Shown one piece after another: positions 1 to 11,400 of a stretch of 28,420 nt of DNA. Source of the DNA: Catajapyx aquilonaris (Eukaryota); the NCBI GenBank assembly GCA_000934665.2, contig KZ538697.1, positions 62,001-90,420 on the forward strand. Reading direction: 5' to 3'. The notes under the pieces are model-generated. The model saw nothing but the letters and a program-made list of their open reading frames with translations, was not told the origin of the DNA and did no database searches. Positions within the stretch are counted from its first letter, which is position 1, and each line of letters begins with the position of its first letter. The position numbers were made by a program, and so were the translations under genes.

Positions 1-1054
1 TAGTACTTTTGAGATGTCTGAATACCGCATGTTTCAGAATTGAGCTCATGTATTTCGCGGAAGTGACTCTCCCTCAGCGAATATGGGTTCAATTATGAAG
101 CACACGTTACATATCACCACCATGATCAATTTTCCATATACCTAATTGAACTTAGCACCGATTTTTTTTTTGTGGTGGTGGGGAGGGGGGGGGGGGGGTA
201 AAATTCATGCGCCAGCTGCGTTATTAGGTACCATGGATATGGAGTGGCTGGAAGAGTTCTTTGAAACGTGATTTTCCGACAAACCATGGGTCCCCCATCC
301 CACACGCTTTTTCTCCCTCCCCCCATTTTTTTATCCCCCCTCTCCCCTTCCCCAGCATCCCTCCCTTTCCAACCCTCAGGACTTTGGATGGAGGGGGGGG
401 GGGGGGGTTGCAGTGCCCTGGAGGGATCCGTCCACCCCTCCCGGTCACCCCCCCCCCTCCCACTCTTTTGCAGGGCGTGATGCATGTAACAAGGGGCAAT
501 GCAGCAGCCTGTCAACTCGAGGCAACCCCTTGGAGAATTGCGGCGTGGCGGTGCTAAAGTGCACATTTGTGCCTGGAAAGAGGGTTATGCAAGATGAATA
601 CTTTTATCCCCTGGACTTGTTGCATCCTCGCCCAAATGAGCTGCAACCTCTCATTTTACATGAATCATTTCGGCATTAACGTCATATTTTTTTCTCTCTC
701 TCTCTAATAGTGTAAATCGGGTTCAGGAAGTTGGCTTTGGAGAAAAACATGTTAACCGCCAATGTTTTTCTCCCTATAGCCCTTCAATGGGATCCTACCC
801 TACATTTTGCAAACCAATTGTAAAAAAAAATCGTCCTCATTTAAAAATAAATTTGGCTGTTGTTTTGTTTGTTTGAAGAAATACGTATTAGTTTTCGAGC
901 TATGGTCGATCAAAGATCATATTAATTATACGGTATCGTATTGCCCTCTGATGTCACTGCGGCTAAACAGTGCAGAGGCAGGAACGCACCTGGGATGCTT
1001 TATTGTTTCTTTGTTTGTTTGCTTTGTTGGCGCGCCTACCAACGGAAACGAACG

Positions 1055-1145
1055 ACAGCCAAGGAAACCGGTCTGCTGACGTCAGTGTGGTTAGGCAGGA
1101 GTGGGAATGCGCCTTTTAGGCCACGCCCCCCTTTCCCCCGCCAAT
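1055..1145. promoter_or_regulatory. Promoter-like motif cluster: X half-site GGAAAC (1063-1068), CRE CTGACGTCAG (1076-1085), Sp/KLF box GGCCACGCCCCC (1119-1130), CCAAT (1141-1145)
   Basis: Four canonical promoter motifs within 90 bp; target transcript unknown. Confidence 0.4.
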
Positions 1146-2460
1146 TTGAGTGACTTTTAAACCCGCGATAATTATTTTGGTGCTGAAAAGTGGTGGAATG
1201 CTTGTTTACATGTAATGCGTGCACATATTTCTCAAATCCCAGACCAACTCTATTAGGACCCATTGTCCATTTATTTAAAATAATGACCGTCCCACATATT
1301 CTGTCCGTTCCATCTGTTCCTTCTATAGCCATAAGTTTATTGGGAAACCGCAGTCCTTGTCATTAATTCTCGCTTTTGGCCGGCATGAATATTGCAGAAG
1401 CTCTCCTGATCTGCGTTCTTGCCGGCGCCTATAATGAACGACTTGGTTGCTAACAACACAACAAATCCTTGCACTCACATGTCTTAATGCCCAGCCAGTC
1501 CACACGCTGAGATTATCGCCCCATATTGTGATCCTACCCCCCCCCCCTCCCCAATGCTCTTACTCATTAATTTTAATAGCGAGTAATGAAGCAAGGACTT
1601 GACAGATAACATCTTTTGGCTGGCATTGCATGCCGAAGTCGTCACACGCGCGCTTTTTTAGATGAGCGACACCCTTCGGAAGACACCCACATATTCAAGC
1701 GAGAGGCAAAAAGAGTCCGGAACATTCATTATGCAGGGAAAAGTGTACATGCCAGTGAGCATGTGCATGTCGGAGGATAATATATTAGCACGGCAGTCGA
1801 GATGTCAGGTCCGAAAGAGGGATAAAGAGAACACAGGGGTGTGTGTCATCGGAAGTTAGGATAATCCGGACCCCGGATTTACCGGCGATAACATAATTAC
1901 GTCGGGGAAGGGTAGGTCTGGGAGGTATCCCTCGGATTAGGTGCGATGGAAGCAAATTTATGTGGAGAGTGTTACAGGCCCCCGCAATGGACACATACGC
2001 GGTATGAAAAAAAATCGGTATAAACATATTCCTTACAGATCGATCCGAAGAAAACTGCGCGTATTGTGTATCGATCACTGGCATTTATAGGATTACCAGC
2101 ACAGTTGAGCATGAAATCTGATTTTTTCCGACCCAGATCCGGTGTGGGGTCATACGGTTTTAATTACTCTTTGAGGTCCAACGTGCTGCTGGAGGTGAAA
2201 CCTCAAAAAATAATGCATATACTGGAATATGAGCGGCTTCCCTTTTCTCCGTTCCTGGAACCGCATGCATATAGTGCGCTATGCAAAACGTGTTCAGAAA
2301 TTAAGTTGGAGCAACATTATTATTTGACTTGCGAATTTCCGGAAATGGCCGGAAAATCTGTGTATAATTATGTGACCTCGTTTCTTAACTGGGTCACGAA
2401 TTTACCTTGTTATTTACGCCAGTACTACTGATGTGAGAACCAAACCTTGACCGTGTTTAA

Positions 2461-2560
2461 ATGCACATATATCAGGTCAGTTCTTCGCCTATGCACATAT
2501 TATATCAGGTCAGTTCTTCGCCTATGCACATATATCAGGTCAGTTCTTCGCCTATGCACA
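2461..2560. repeat. Tandem repeat, ~3.2 copies of the 30-bp unit ATGCACATATATCAGGTCAGTTCTTCGCCT
   Basis: Copies at 2461-2490, 2491-2523 (+3 nt) and 2524-2553, plus a partial copy. Confidence 0.95.
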
Positions 2561-2622
2561 AGTAATTAAATAATTAACCCCCCTAGCACGGGGTACAAAA
2601 AAAATTAAAACATTAAGGCCCC

Positions 2623-2740
2623 TAGTCTGATGACCCTGGGTAAGCTATCCCGGGGGCAATCACCATGGCAGCATATGTAAAAGGATAGCAGTAAACAACC
2701 AGTTACCCCAGGGGGCAAGCTACCCCGGGTCACCAGACTA
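2623..2740. mobile_element. Short MITE-like element, 118 bp
   Basis: Ends TAGTCTGATGACCCTGGGTA / TACCCCGGGTCACCAGACTA are inverted repeats with 2 mismatches in 20; internal subrepeats GGGGGCAA and AAGCTA. Confidence 0.65.
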
Positions 2741-3681
2741 TATACCTAAGAAATCGTGGCCGTTGATCATACGATGTTATTGCCGTTTTGATTTCCAGTA
2801 TCACGCTGAGGTGCATATGCAAAATTTCGAATATATTTGGCTGGAGTTATGAACCTTTATTTTTTTAATGAGCCGAGGCCGTCTCTTCTTCCCAGAGACC
2901 CTCATTAAGATTAAAATGTATACTGTTGGTCACCTACACCACATTTCTCGTTAGCAGATATGTAACGCCGGACATATGCAGTGTTAATTATGAAGGCTCT
3001 CAGTTAGTGTCCGAACATCAGAAACATGCAATTTTTTAATTTAAAACGTAGATTTGGCACCAAGTTTATCAAGATGGGAATATGACCATCGTATAACAAT
3101 GATTCCTCTGACTCTCAAAAATCCTGCAAAATCTAGTCTGGCATTGTATTTTTTATATTAAATATAGCATAATGAGAAGGCTCATAGTGATGTTTGTAAC
3201 TGGATATCCTCTGTATTATTAGTCAAATGACACATGCCCTTGTCTCCACGTATTATTCTAAACATGGAAATTTTGTGTGACGGCCGCCCTACTGTTCATC
3301 AGTCTGGTTTGTACGTCACTATCAATATAGCAAGCTTAAACATGGACCCAAAACCGCAAATGCTGACAGTCCCTTTGCGGCAATGAATCTCTAAACGCCA
3401 ACTTGTATTTGCCTCAAACCTGACAAGCCGGGCCATGTCGGAGACAATCAGAAAAAAAAATGTTGCAAATTGAGGCAATACCCGGTGTCTTTTCCTTTGA
3501 AACAACAGGGTCTATATAATAATAAAGGCCTGCGACTGACAATGCGATGATTGGTTGAAGGGGGGGAAGTTTGCAAGGAAGTGGATCTCGTGTCTTGTTC
3601 CGGAACTTCTCTCCAGGATATGGGGTAGGTAGGTGGAAAGTGGAGAGGGTGTATATGGAGCTGCTGGGAGGGAAATTGCAA

Positions 3682-3694
3682 GTTGCCCGGCAAC
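3682..3694. promoter_or_regulatory. Perfect palindromic RFX X-box GTTGCC-C-GGCAAC
   Basis: Exact inverted GTTGCC half-sites with a 1-nt spacer, the high-affinity RFX1-3 dimer site. Confidence 0.6.
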
Positions 3695-4512
3695 AATCAT
3701 CCGACTGTGGTCCGGTAGCCACGCTTCAGAGGTTAGTCAGCAGGCTGAGAGAGGTAAGGGAGGGGGGGAGGGGCAGACGTTAGGGGGGAGGGAGGGGGTA
3801 CAAGTGAAATCCGGAGATTGCAGGGGAGATGAGGATTAATACGGGCCTTTTGGGATGGAAAGAGATACAGCAGAGAGAGGATGCTGATTCCCTCCTCTCC
3901 CCCCCCTCCTTCTCTCGTCGACATGCGATCCTCTCCACCTGCTCTCGGATGAACAGGTAATCACCCCTGGCTCTAATCATCGGAGTTGTCAACTCGTGGG
4001 GACCCGGGCGTGTAAGGTCCAATCTGGAGAGATGGAATATTTCAGACATGAGTCACGTCGCTGGAATTAATCTTATTTCGTTTTTACGTAATGAGGTCAT
4101 AACTACTGATGACTCCGCTTTTGAGGGGCAGGGGGTTACAACAGGTGTCTGACGCCGCCCTAAAAATTTCGTTTGGCGTATAAACCTGTTGGCGGACCGT
4201 ACTGAACACCGATTTTTTAAAAAAATTATCGGGTTCAAATTTATTTTTAAAAAGTTTGTTCAACATGCAGGTAATAAGTGCCCAAAGAGATAGAGCCAAA
4301 CAAACGTTATTAATACGGCAGAGTATATGCACAGGGTGAAGCCTTTTGTCAAAAGCAACAACAATGGAGGCGAGGGAGAAGTTGTAAATTATCTGCTCCA
4401 GCAACTAGTTTAAAACAAAGGCGACAATCACGAATGTTAATGTGGCCTTTTCATAGCTTCTCATGAAAGTGGTTTGCTGGAGTAAACAATGCGTAACTTC
4501 TCTCCCCTCCTC

Positions 4513-4561
4513 NNNNNNNNNNNNNNNNNNNNNNNNNNNNNNNNNNNNNNNNNNNNNNNNN
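4513..4561. other. Assembly gap (49 N)
   Basis: Run of N flanked by C-rich and G-run sequence. Confidence 1.
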
Positions 4562-7500
4562 GGGGGGGACGTGGATGCAGCAAATTAAATAAAATCAGGC
4601 AAAAACTCTTTGTGCTTCATAAATAATATTGCTGTTGCTTCAGTTCAGTGGTCCAAAAAGTATAATTTTAGAGATGTGTAATTAACTATGAACTTGTTCG
4701 TTCGACCTTAATTTTTGCCAAAATGCTCGGCAGATCAAATCTCAGGAAGTAGGATTTGTGCCACACTAAAAGTCATGACTAAACATCGTTACGTTCAGAC
4801 TGAAAGGTTCGCTGAAAGGAGTCCAGCAGGTTTTCAGGGCTTGAAAGCTTAAATATTATTCCTCACATGTCCATTCATTGGTATATGAAACAAAAACATG
4901 CAATTGCAGTTGTCCGTCATCGCATGACCGGCGCATATATTGACCTACCGTCAAAAAGGCACGTACTTTATCTACGTATACCTGTATTATTCTAATGCCA
5001 AATCGCATGTTGATAAGGCACTCACATGTAACTCATTTTGGCATACCAGGGGACAGTAATTTTTCCCAGGTACGAGACGAGTTATAATCACGGAAGGAAC
5101 CGTGAATGCCTACAATTCGAAAACGAGGTCGTATCATAGCTCATCCGACATTATTGTGCAACCTCACACTGAGTCGCAAATTTTATATGGCCCGAATGTA
5201 CAGTATACGGCGTGTATATTTTCGCAATAATTGGTTGGAGGGGCGAGAGTATACAAACACTTGTATAGATGATACGACTTCAAACATGGGTCTGTACTGT
5301 ACTTGGCAGACTGGATAATTCGAAAACCGACCGTACAAGATATCCAAAGCGAAATTCCCCTGAAACTCATATAGCCAATCCCACGGGGCAAAATAATTGT
5401 TGGACGGGAATATCTTATCATAAAACCCAACCGTGCAGCTGTTGCTGTTCTCGCTGCTTGTATATATGTTTTTGGGCATGATTGCAAATGGACTGTATAT
5501 GCTGCAATCATGTTACATCAACGCCTGTAATAACTCGGCAAATTGTGCTACACGCATGTAAATAACTAGATTTTCATTACCATACGCTTGCGAAATGTGA
5601 TTTTTGTCACGCAATATTGTGATGCAGTTTTTTTTCCATCCATGTTTCCTTTTGCTTCCCTTTCCAGCCTCCCCTTTTCTCTCTCCGTGTACCCCCCACG
5701 TGCACTCCCGATTTGGTGTTGACATAATGAAGTAGAGCCGGAGCGTGGGGTCTAATTTGCAGGGCGAGGACCCGTGGAGTCAACAAAATGAGCCCCAGAG
5801 AAAGTCTGCACTCTACTCCTCTGATCTGATTGTGCACAGGGCGCAACGGGGTTATGGCTTGGCTTGGGCTACGGGGGCTTCCTATACACTTGGGAATCGC
5901 ATTTTCTGCCTTATACAATGAATCGAATCAAGGTTTTAAATAGCTGGAAAAATATATAGACGAGTTTCCTCCATAGATTTGTGGCGCAGAATAATTCTGC
6001 ATATCTGTAACAGTTTCTTGACCTGAGTGCGTGGGTTGTGAGGTGTGCGACATATGCCCCATGAGAGATAGTGAGTGAAGTCGGTCCATATGGCAACGTG
6101 AGCACCTAGATGGATTTCGCTTTGGTCTTGACATAGATTACGGTTGGGGTTGAGCGGCAAATTAGTTTCTGCAGATTATCGTCTGTTGCGTCAGGACGTG
6201 TTAACACGAGCAAATTAGAAGGGCTGTTTGATCAAAATTGTGTGCTGGTCCGGGAGGCAAAAAAAACTGGCTATATTTGAGTTAGCTCTAGTGCGGTTTT
6301 ACATCGAATGTGGAACATTGTCGACGTAAGTGATCACATGATATAAATTGTAGGATCGTCAATATCCAGTTACCCGCACAGTGCAGCAGTGTCAACACTG
6401 CAGGAGAGGTAATTCAAAAATGAAACGGTATAGTCCTGGGAAATGATATTTACGGATCATGAAGCTTTAATTTGTTAAATGTCTAGTTGTATAAGCACAA
6501 AGCGTCTCTGATTAATGCATTAATATTCGCACATATTGCAAGCCCTGCAAGTTTAAGTAGACGGAACCAGACATAAATTAGCAGTATCCCGGACATGCCT
6601 GAGATTGTCGGGACAATTGATTTTTTTCATCCGTCGATAACGTACACGTTAGCGTCAACTTTTAAGCACCCTTGGAGCTAAAATCGAACAAAAACTCCGA
6701 GTGTAACGATTAGCTGTATCGCCAAATCACGACAACGCTTTTTTTTTATTATTCCTCCAGACGCCACTTCCCGATGTGACATTCCCTTGTTGCCTTCCAA
6801 AGGTAGCATTTACGATGTCGGATGTCTCCCAGTACGAATTTGCCTTGCATGAGAGTAGGAGGCGAAAGAACACCTTGTATCCCCCCCGTATGGGCAAAAG
6901 TTGAGACCCGGTGTTTATCCTGGAAGCGTTTTCCACGTGTGCGGAACGTGCTGAGCAAACTTTTCTAAGCTGACTACCAGAGCCCATGCATTTAGGAGAC
7001 GTGTTAAGTTTCGCTTGGAAGGTGTTATTTTGACCACCCTCCCTCCCTCCTCTTTGTTTTATGCTAAAAAGTTCGCTTTCTCGTTGGCTTACATTTTTGA
7101 GAGTGGTCTGCGCAGAGGAAGTCCGATATTCAGATGAATATTCTATCTTGTTTTATGAGAGCAACAGGGGAGCGGTCGTAAGAATAGGGGATTGAGATGG
7201 CGAGGAAAGGAGTTGAGGTCTTTTCATCAGGCTGTAACTCCATGGTGAAAGTGTCGGATCATAACGCCGAATACTACCCTTTTAAGACCATCGGCTGCTT
7301 CTCCCCGTTCTCAGTAGTAAGCTGTCACAACGTTTACTTTACGGGGGTCGAAAGAGAAGAGTGGAGAGCTAGGGGGGAGGTTAAACGAGGCCATTTTTCG
7401 ATACTGAAGGCGCACTCTCTACAGATGCGACACGTGTACCGGAATTTATTAAGCATTCTTCAGGCAGATAAAATGTCCTGACCTGTTCATTTGCTGCTAA

Positions 7501-8061
7501 CCACACTTTGAAGCTTCACAATGTAACCTGGATTTCCACGTGATATTTCGGTGAGAAAAGTAGTGTATTTATTTATTGAGTAAGTGTCGATTTTGTTGTG
7601 AGAACATGCGTGATATATTTCTGCCAGGAGCTCTTGGTATATAGATGCATCTTTCTCCACCTTATTCCACTTCAGATTTCCAGCGCACCCACCCTCACGC
7701 ATCTCCAATGTTTTGACAACGACGTTGCCAGAGTTACTCCCCAGGGGCCAAAAAAAATGTTTCACACCCATTAGCCTCTTAGGTTTGTTTGCAACGTCGC
7801 AAACTTCCATTTTGTTTTCCCCCCAAGCATAGCGTTGGGAATAAGTGCAGCTCTGTATGCCAACTATCAATTGATAATGCCAACCGTGCACGCTGCGCAA
7901 ACTGTGGTGCGCAGTCGGTTGCGTTCGTTAAAAAATCCATTTATAGTAGGCTACATTATATTAAATTTATTAATATCACCTGAATTTACAATCGAATTTA
8001 TTGGATTAATAAATATTCGCATTATGGCACCAGGCGTGGCGTGCACGTATCTCGTGATCAG

Positions 8062-8428
8062 GTCTTGACTAAGGTGTGGGGACGGAAGTCTGTGGTTTTA
8101 CTGTAGCTGTGAGGACCAGTTCCAATTGTGGGGACATTTGTCGGTCCCCACAGTCTCACACACGCGAAGTGTACCATTACAGTGGGGACATGTGTAAATT
8201 AGTGGGGACATGTCCCCACTATTTTCATTTGTAGGTTTTCACAAAAGTCCATTTTTCTCAGCCTAGGTTACTTAGGGTAGGGTAGGTTAGGTAGGATAGG
8301 TTAGGTAAGGTTAGGTTAGGTAAGGTAAGGTTAGGTTAGGTTAGGTTAGGTTAGGTTAGGTTAGGTTAGATCAGTTTACACTCGCAGTGAAAAGTGATCA
8401 ATGTCCGTCCCCACGCCTTAGTCAAGAC
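8062..8428. mobile_element. Non-autonomous TIR element (MITE) carrying an internal (TTAGG)n array
   Basis: 25-bp TIRs GTCTTGACTAAGGTGTGGGGACGGA (8062-8086) / TCCGTCCCCACGCCTTAGTCAAGAC (8404-8428), 1 mismatch; internal GTGGGGAC(A) repeats including a perfect 20-bp palindrome at 8201-8220; no clear TSD. Confidence 0.8.
8264..8369 (+). repeat. (TTAGG)n telomere-type repeat, degenerate at the 5' side
   Basis: About 20 pentamer units of TTAGG/TAAGG/GTAGG. Confidence 0.95.
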
Positions 8429-11400
8429 AAGAGTGTGTGTGTGTGCCGTGTGTTGGCCGAGTGCTACAAATCTCTGCACAACCGTTATGTTCATTCACAC
8501 GTTTGAAATGTGCGAGTGTGTGAGTGTGCGTGGTGAGTATTGTATGGGGGACGGGCCAGGGAGAGAGAGAGAGAATATAACTTTTATCCAAGTCCCCTCC
8601 CCCATTCCCCCCCNCCCAATTTCACTCCCTCCCCCACTTCTCTCCCCCTCAACCCTCCCTCCAGCCGACAGACACTTCTGTTTACATGAGTGTGCCATGG
8701 CAACAAGGCGCGAGAGGGTCGGGAGTGTACGCATTTCGGGTGACGTGCACACACACACACCTTCACCTGAACAGGTGAAAAAGTAGCAGGATCCACTACT
8801 ATACACTGGGGGGGAGAGCAGGATACATATGCATGCCATTTTGGGAAAGTGTGGGGAAGGTTTTGAATTGCAGTTTTTTGCCTTCGGGATTCACACGTGT
8901 GGAAGGGTCACACGTGTGGGAGGATGAACTGGGTGTAAATAAGGGTTCATGAAAATTTACATTTGGGGGGAAATGAGGATCGAAAATTGTGTATGATGTG
9001 GGTTTTTTTTTCCAAATTTCTATTGCTATTAATAATATGTTGCAAACGATTAATAACAATATTGTAATACACCTCGAAAGTGCAGCTGGCCTTAAATACG
9101 TTGAACAGTGATTACGTCTGAGTGTCAATGTCGACTGTTACCACCTTCGAGTGAATTGAATTTGGTAATTTGAGAGCCATGCAATACTGTGGCAATATTA
9201 GAGCTTTTAAAATAGATTTAATGAAGTCGTTCGGGCATACACTTGCTGCCAAAGTGCATCATTAAAATAGCTGTTAAAATGAATTGAATTTCGCTACACC
9301 TGGTAACCTACATATTCTTTTTTATTGTTTAATATTTTCATTCCACACTTGCGTTGCGTCTGATGGATGATTTGTTGTGGAATTTTATATAAAATTGTAT
9401 TATTTATATTTGGGTGTATGTCACAATTTTTTTAACGCTGAAAATTGCAAAATTTTTGTTCGCAAATACATGCCAGGCCAATATGGAGCACACTAAATGT
9501 TAGCAATTTATTTCCATTTCGGCATTTTTTTTAAAACTATGCATAAAATGAATCGTAAATGTCAATTTATCGAACAATTTGGAATATTTCTCAGTGTTGT
9601 TAAGGGCCACCCTGATGGAATGCAACTGATTTAAATACAAACATTCCTCGAATGACGGGACATTTGAGGACCAAGTTAATTATTCATGGGCTGAATGTTT
9701 GCCTGGCAGAGCATAGAGGGGGGGGACCATCGGCCTTGATTTGATCCTGGACTGTCTGTCACCTTGCAGCCTCTTTTGTGTTGCGGGCGAGATGCTTTCA
9801 GGCGTTCTCTCTCTCGAGGAGAGAGGCCTGCAGACTCTCACATCTGACACAGGCCTTCTTTTTTACTTCTACTGTACTGTACACAACTTGGACGCATGTC
9901 CTCCTGCGTTCGATGGATTGATATCCTGACTGATGTTGAAAATTTTTGACGCTTTTCGACTGGAGGCTCACCATGTTGAATTAAATAGGTGCTGAATTAT
10001 TTATGAATGTAGGCTATGAGGAGCCCGATTAGTGTATGCAACAATTAAGAACTTATTGGCTCACTAAAGACTCCCAATTATGCATTGGATAGGAATTATC
10101 AATCAGATGATAATGATTTATTGAGGTTTTGTAGTGAGTGCTTCGGCCGCTTTCGTTATTGGGCAGAAGCTAACACAGTTTGTGAAAAGAGCTTTGTGAC
10201 ATCGCTTTTTTTCCGGCTAAATGTAGGTTGCATATTGTTATAGAAATGTGAGATAATCATGATGTCGCAGTTCATTTATGAAAACAAGTCCGAACGACCT
10301 AATTTGAAAACTGTCATTGTCTGTGGCGTATTTTTACTGGGAAATGATCGCATTATTAGTTATTTTTTCGGATCCGAGGTACTGTATATGTTACCTGTAA
10401 AAGCTGTTGCATACTATTAACTTCATCATAATTTTGACATGGATTTCACCACAGCACTGCAGCTTTCTCATTTTAAAAATAACGACCTACTTTATTCGAG
10501 ATAACTTCTGCCTTCTATTAATTATTATGCGCACTTTATAGTTTGGATCGCATTTATGAAGGTGGATTGTAGAACTCAGGATGAATTAACTACTCGGTAC
10601 TTACCCGCCAAGTTCTCTATTGCACTATTGTCCTCTAATTGTGCAATGCGGTGTATAGGACTGGCTCAATACAAGAGGGAGTTAACTGTTTTCCATCAAC
10701 ACTATTGTCGGGAGAGCTGCTGGTTGGGATGAATTTTTGTTGGTGGAACTCTGAATGGCATTCAGGCCTTTAAAAACTAGTGTTTGTCAGACGCTCAGCA
10801 CAGTATGCAGGTACAACACTGCTACACTAAGCAGAAAAGCGGTGTTGCATGGTAGGCCACAAAAGTGTGAGTGAGTGACGGATAATCCCTGGTTTGTGGT
10901 GGACAGCAACAAAGCAACCAGCGGCCAACGAAATTTGCTCTATACATCAGTTAGTCGCATATATATGTCACCTCCAGATCATGTTCGTACAGTTAAGGCA
11001 CGAGAAAAAGCCCAACTTAATTTTTCTGAAACGCTTTAAATTTACAATTATTTTACATTCATGGGCCGTTGTCAGAAATGCGCCATTTTTGCCCTTTCGC
11101 CCACAGTTTAAACCGTTGCATTGATCCTTTTTGTGCATCAGTGGGCCATATTTACACCCGGAGTGACAAATAGTCGCCATTGTGTGAGAACTGCACGAGA
11201 ATAGAATCACCAAGCAAAGAACAAGAGCTGGATGTATAGATTCTGAGGTCGTAATGCATCGAATGCTCTCACTCTTGATGCCAATTAGAGTAAGGTGAAG
11301 GTTAAGGGGTAAATTCGAGTCGACTGTTGTTCAGAAACGTGCTTGGGGATCGCATGGGCTTCTGCCATATTGAATCTCCCAGGTCCCAGTTCGAGTGGAG

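Noticed and set aside
126..679. Several overlapping 70-146 aa ORFs on both strands
   Set aside because: They arise from G/C homopolymer runs; no domain motifs, codon bias or coherent splice structure.
2461..2560. 30-bp repeats superficially like a CRISPR array
   Set aside because: Head-to-tail copies without unique spacers, eukaryotic context, no cas genes.
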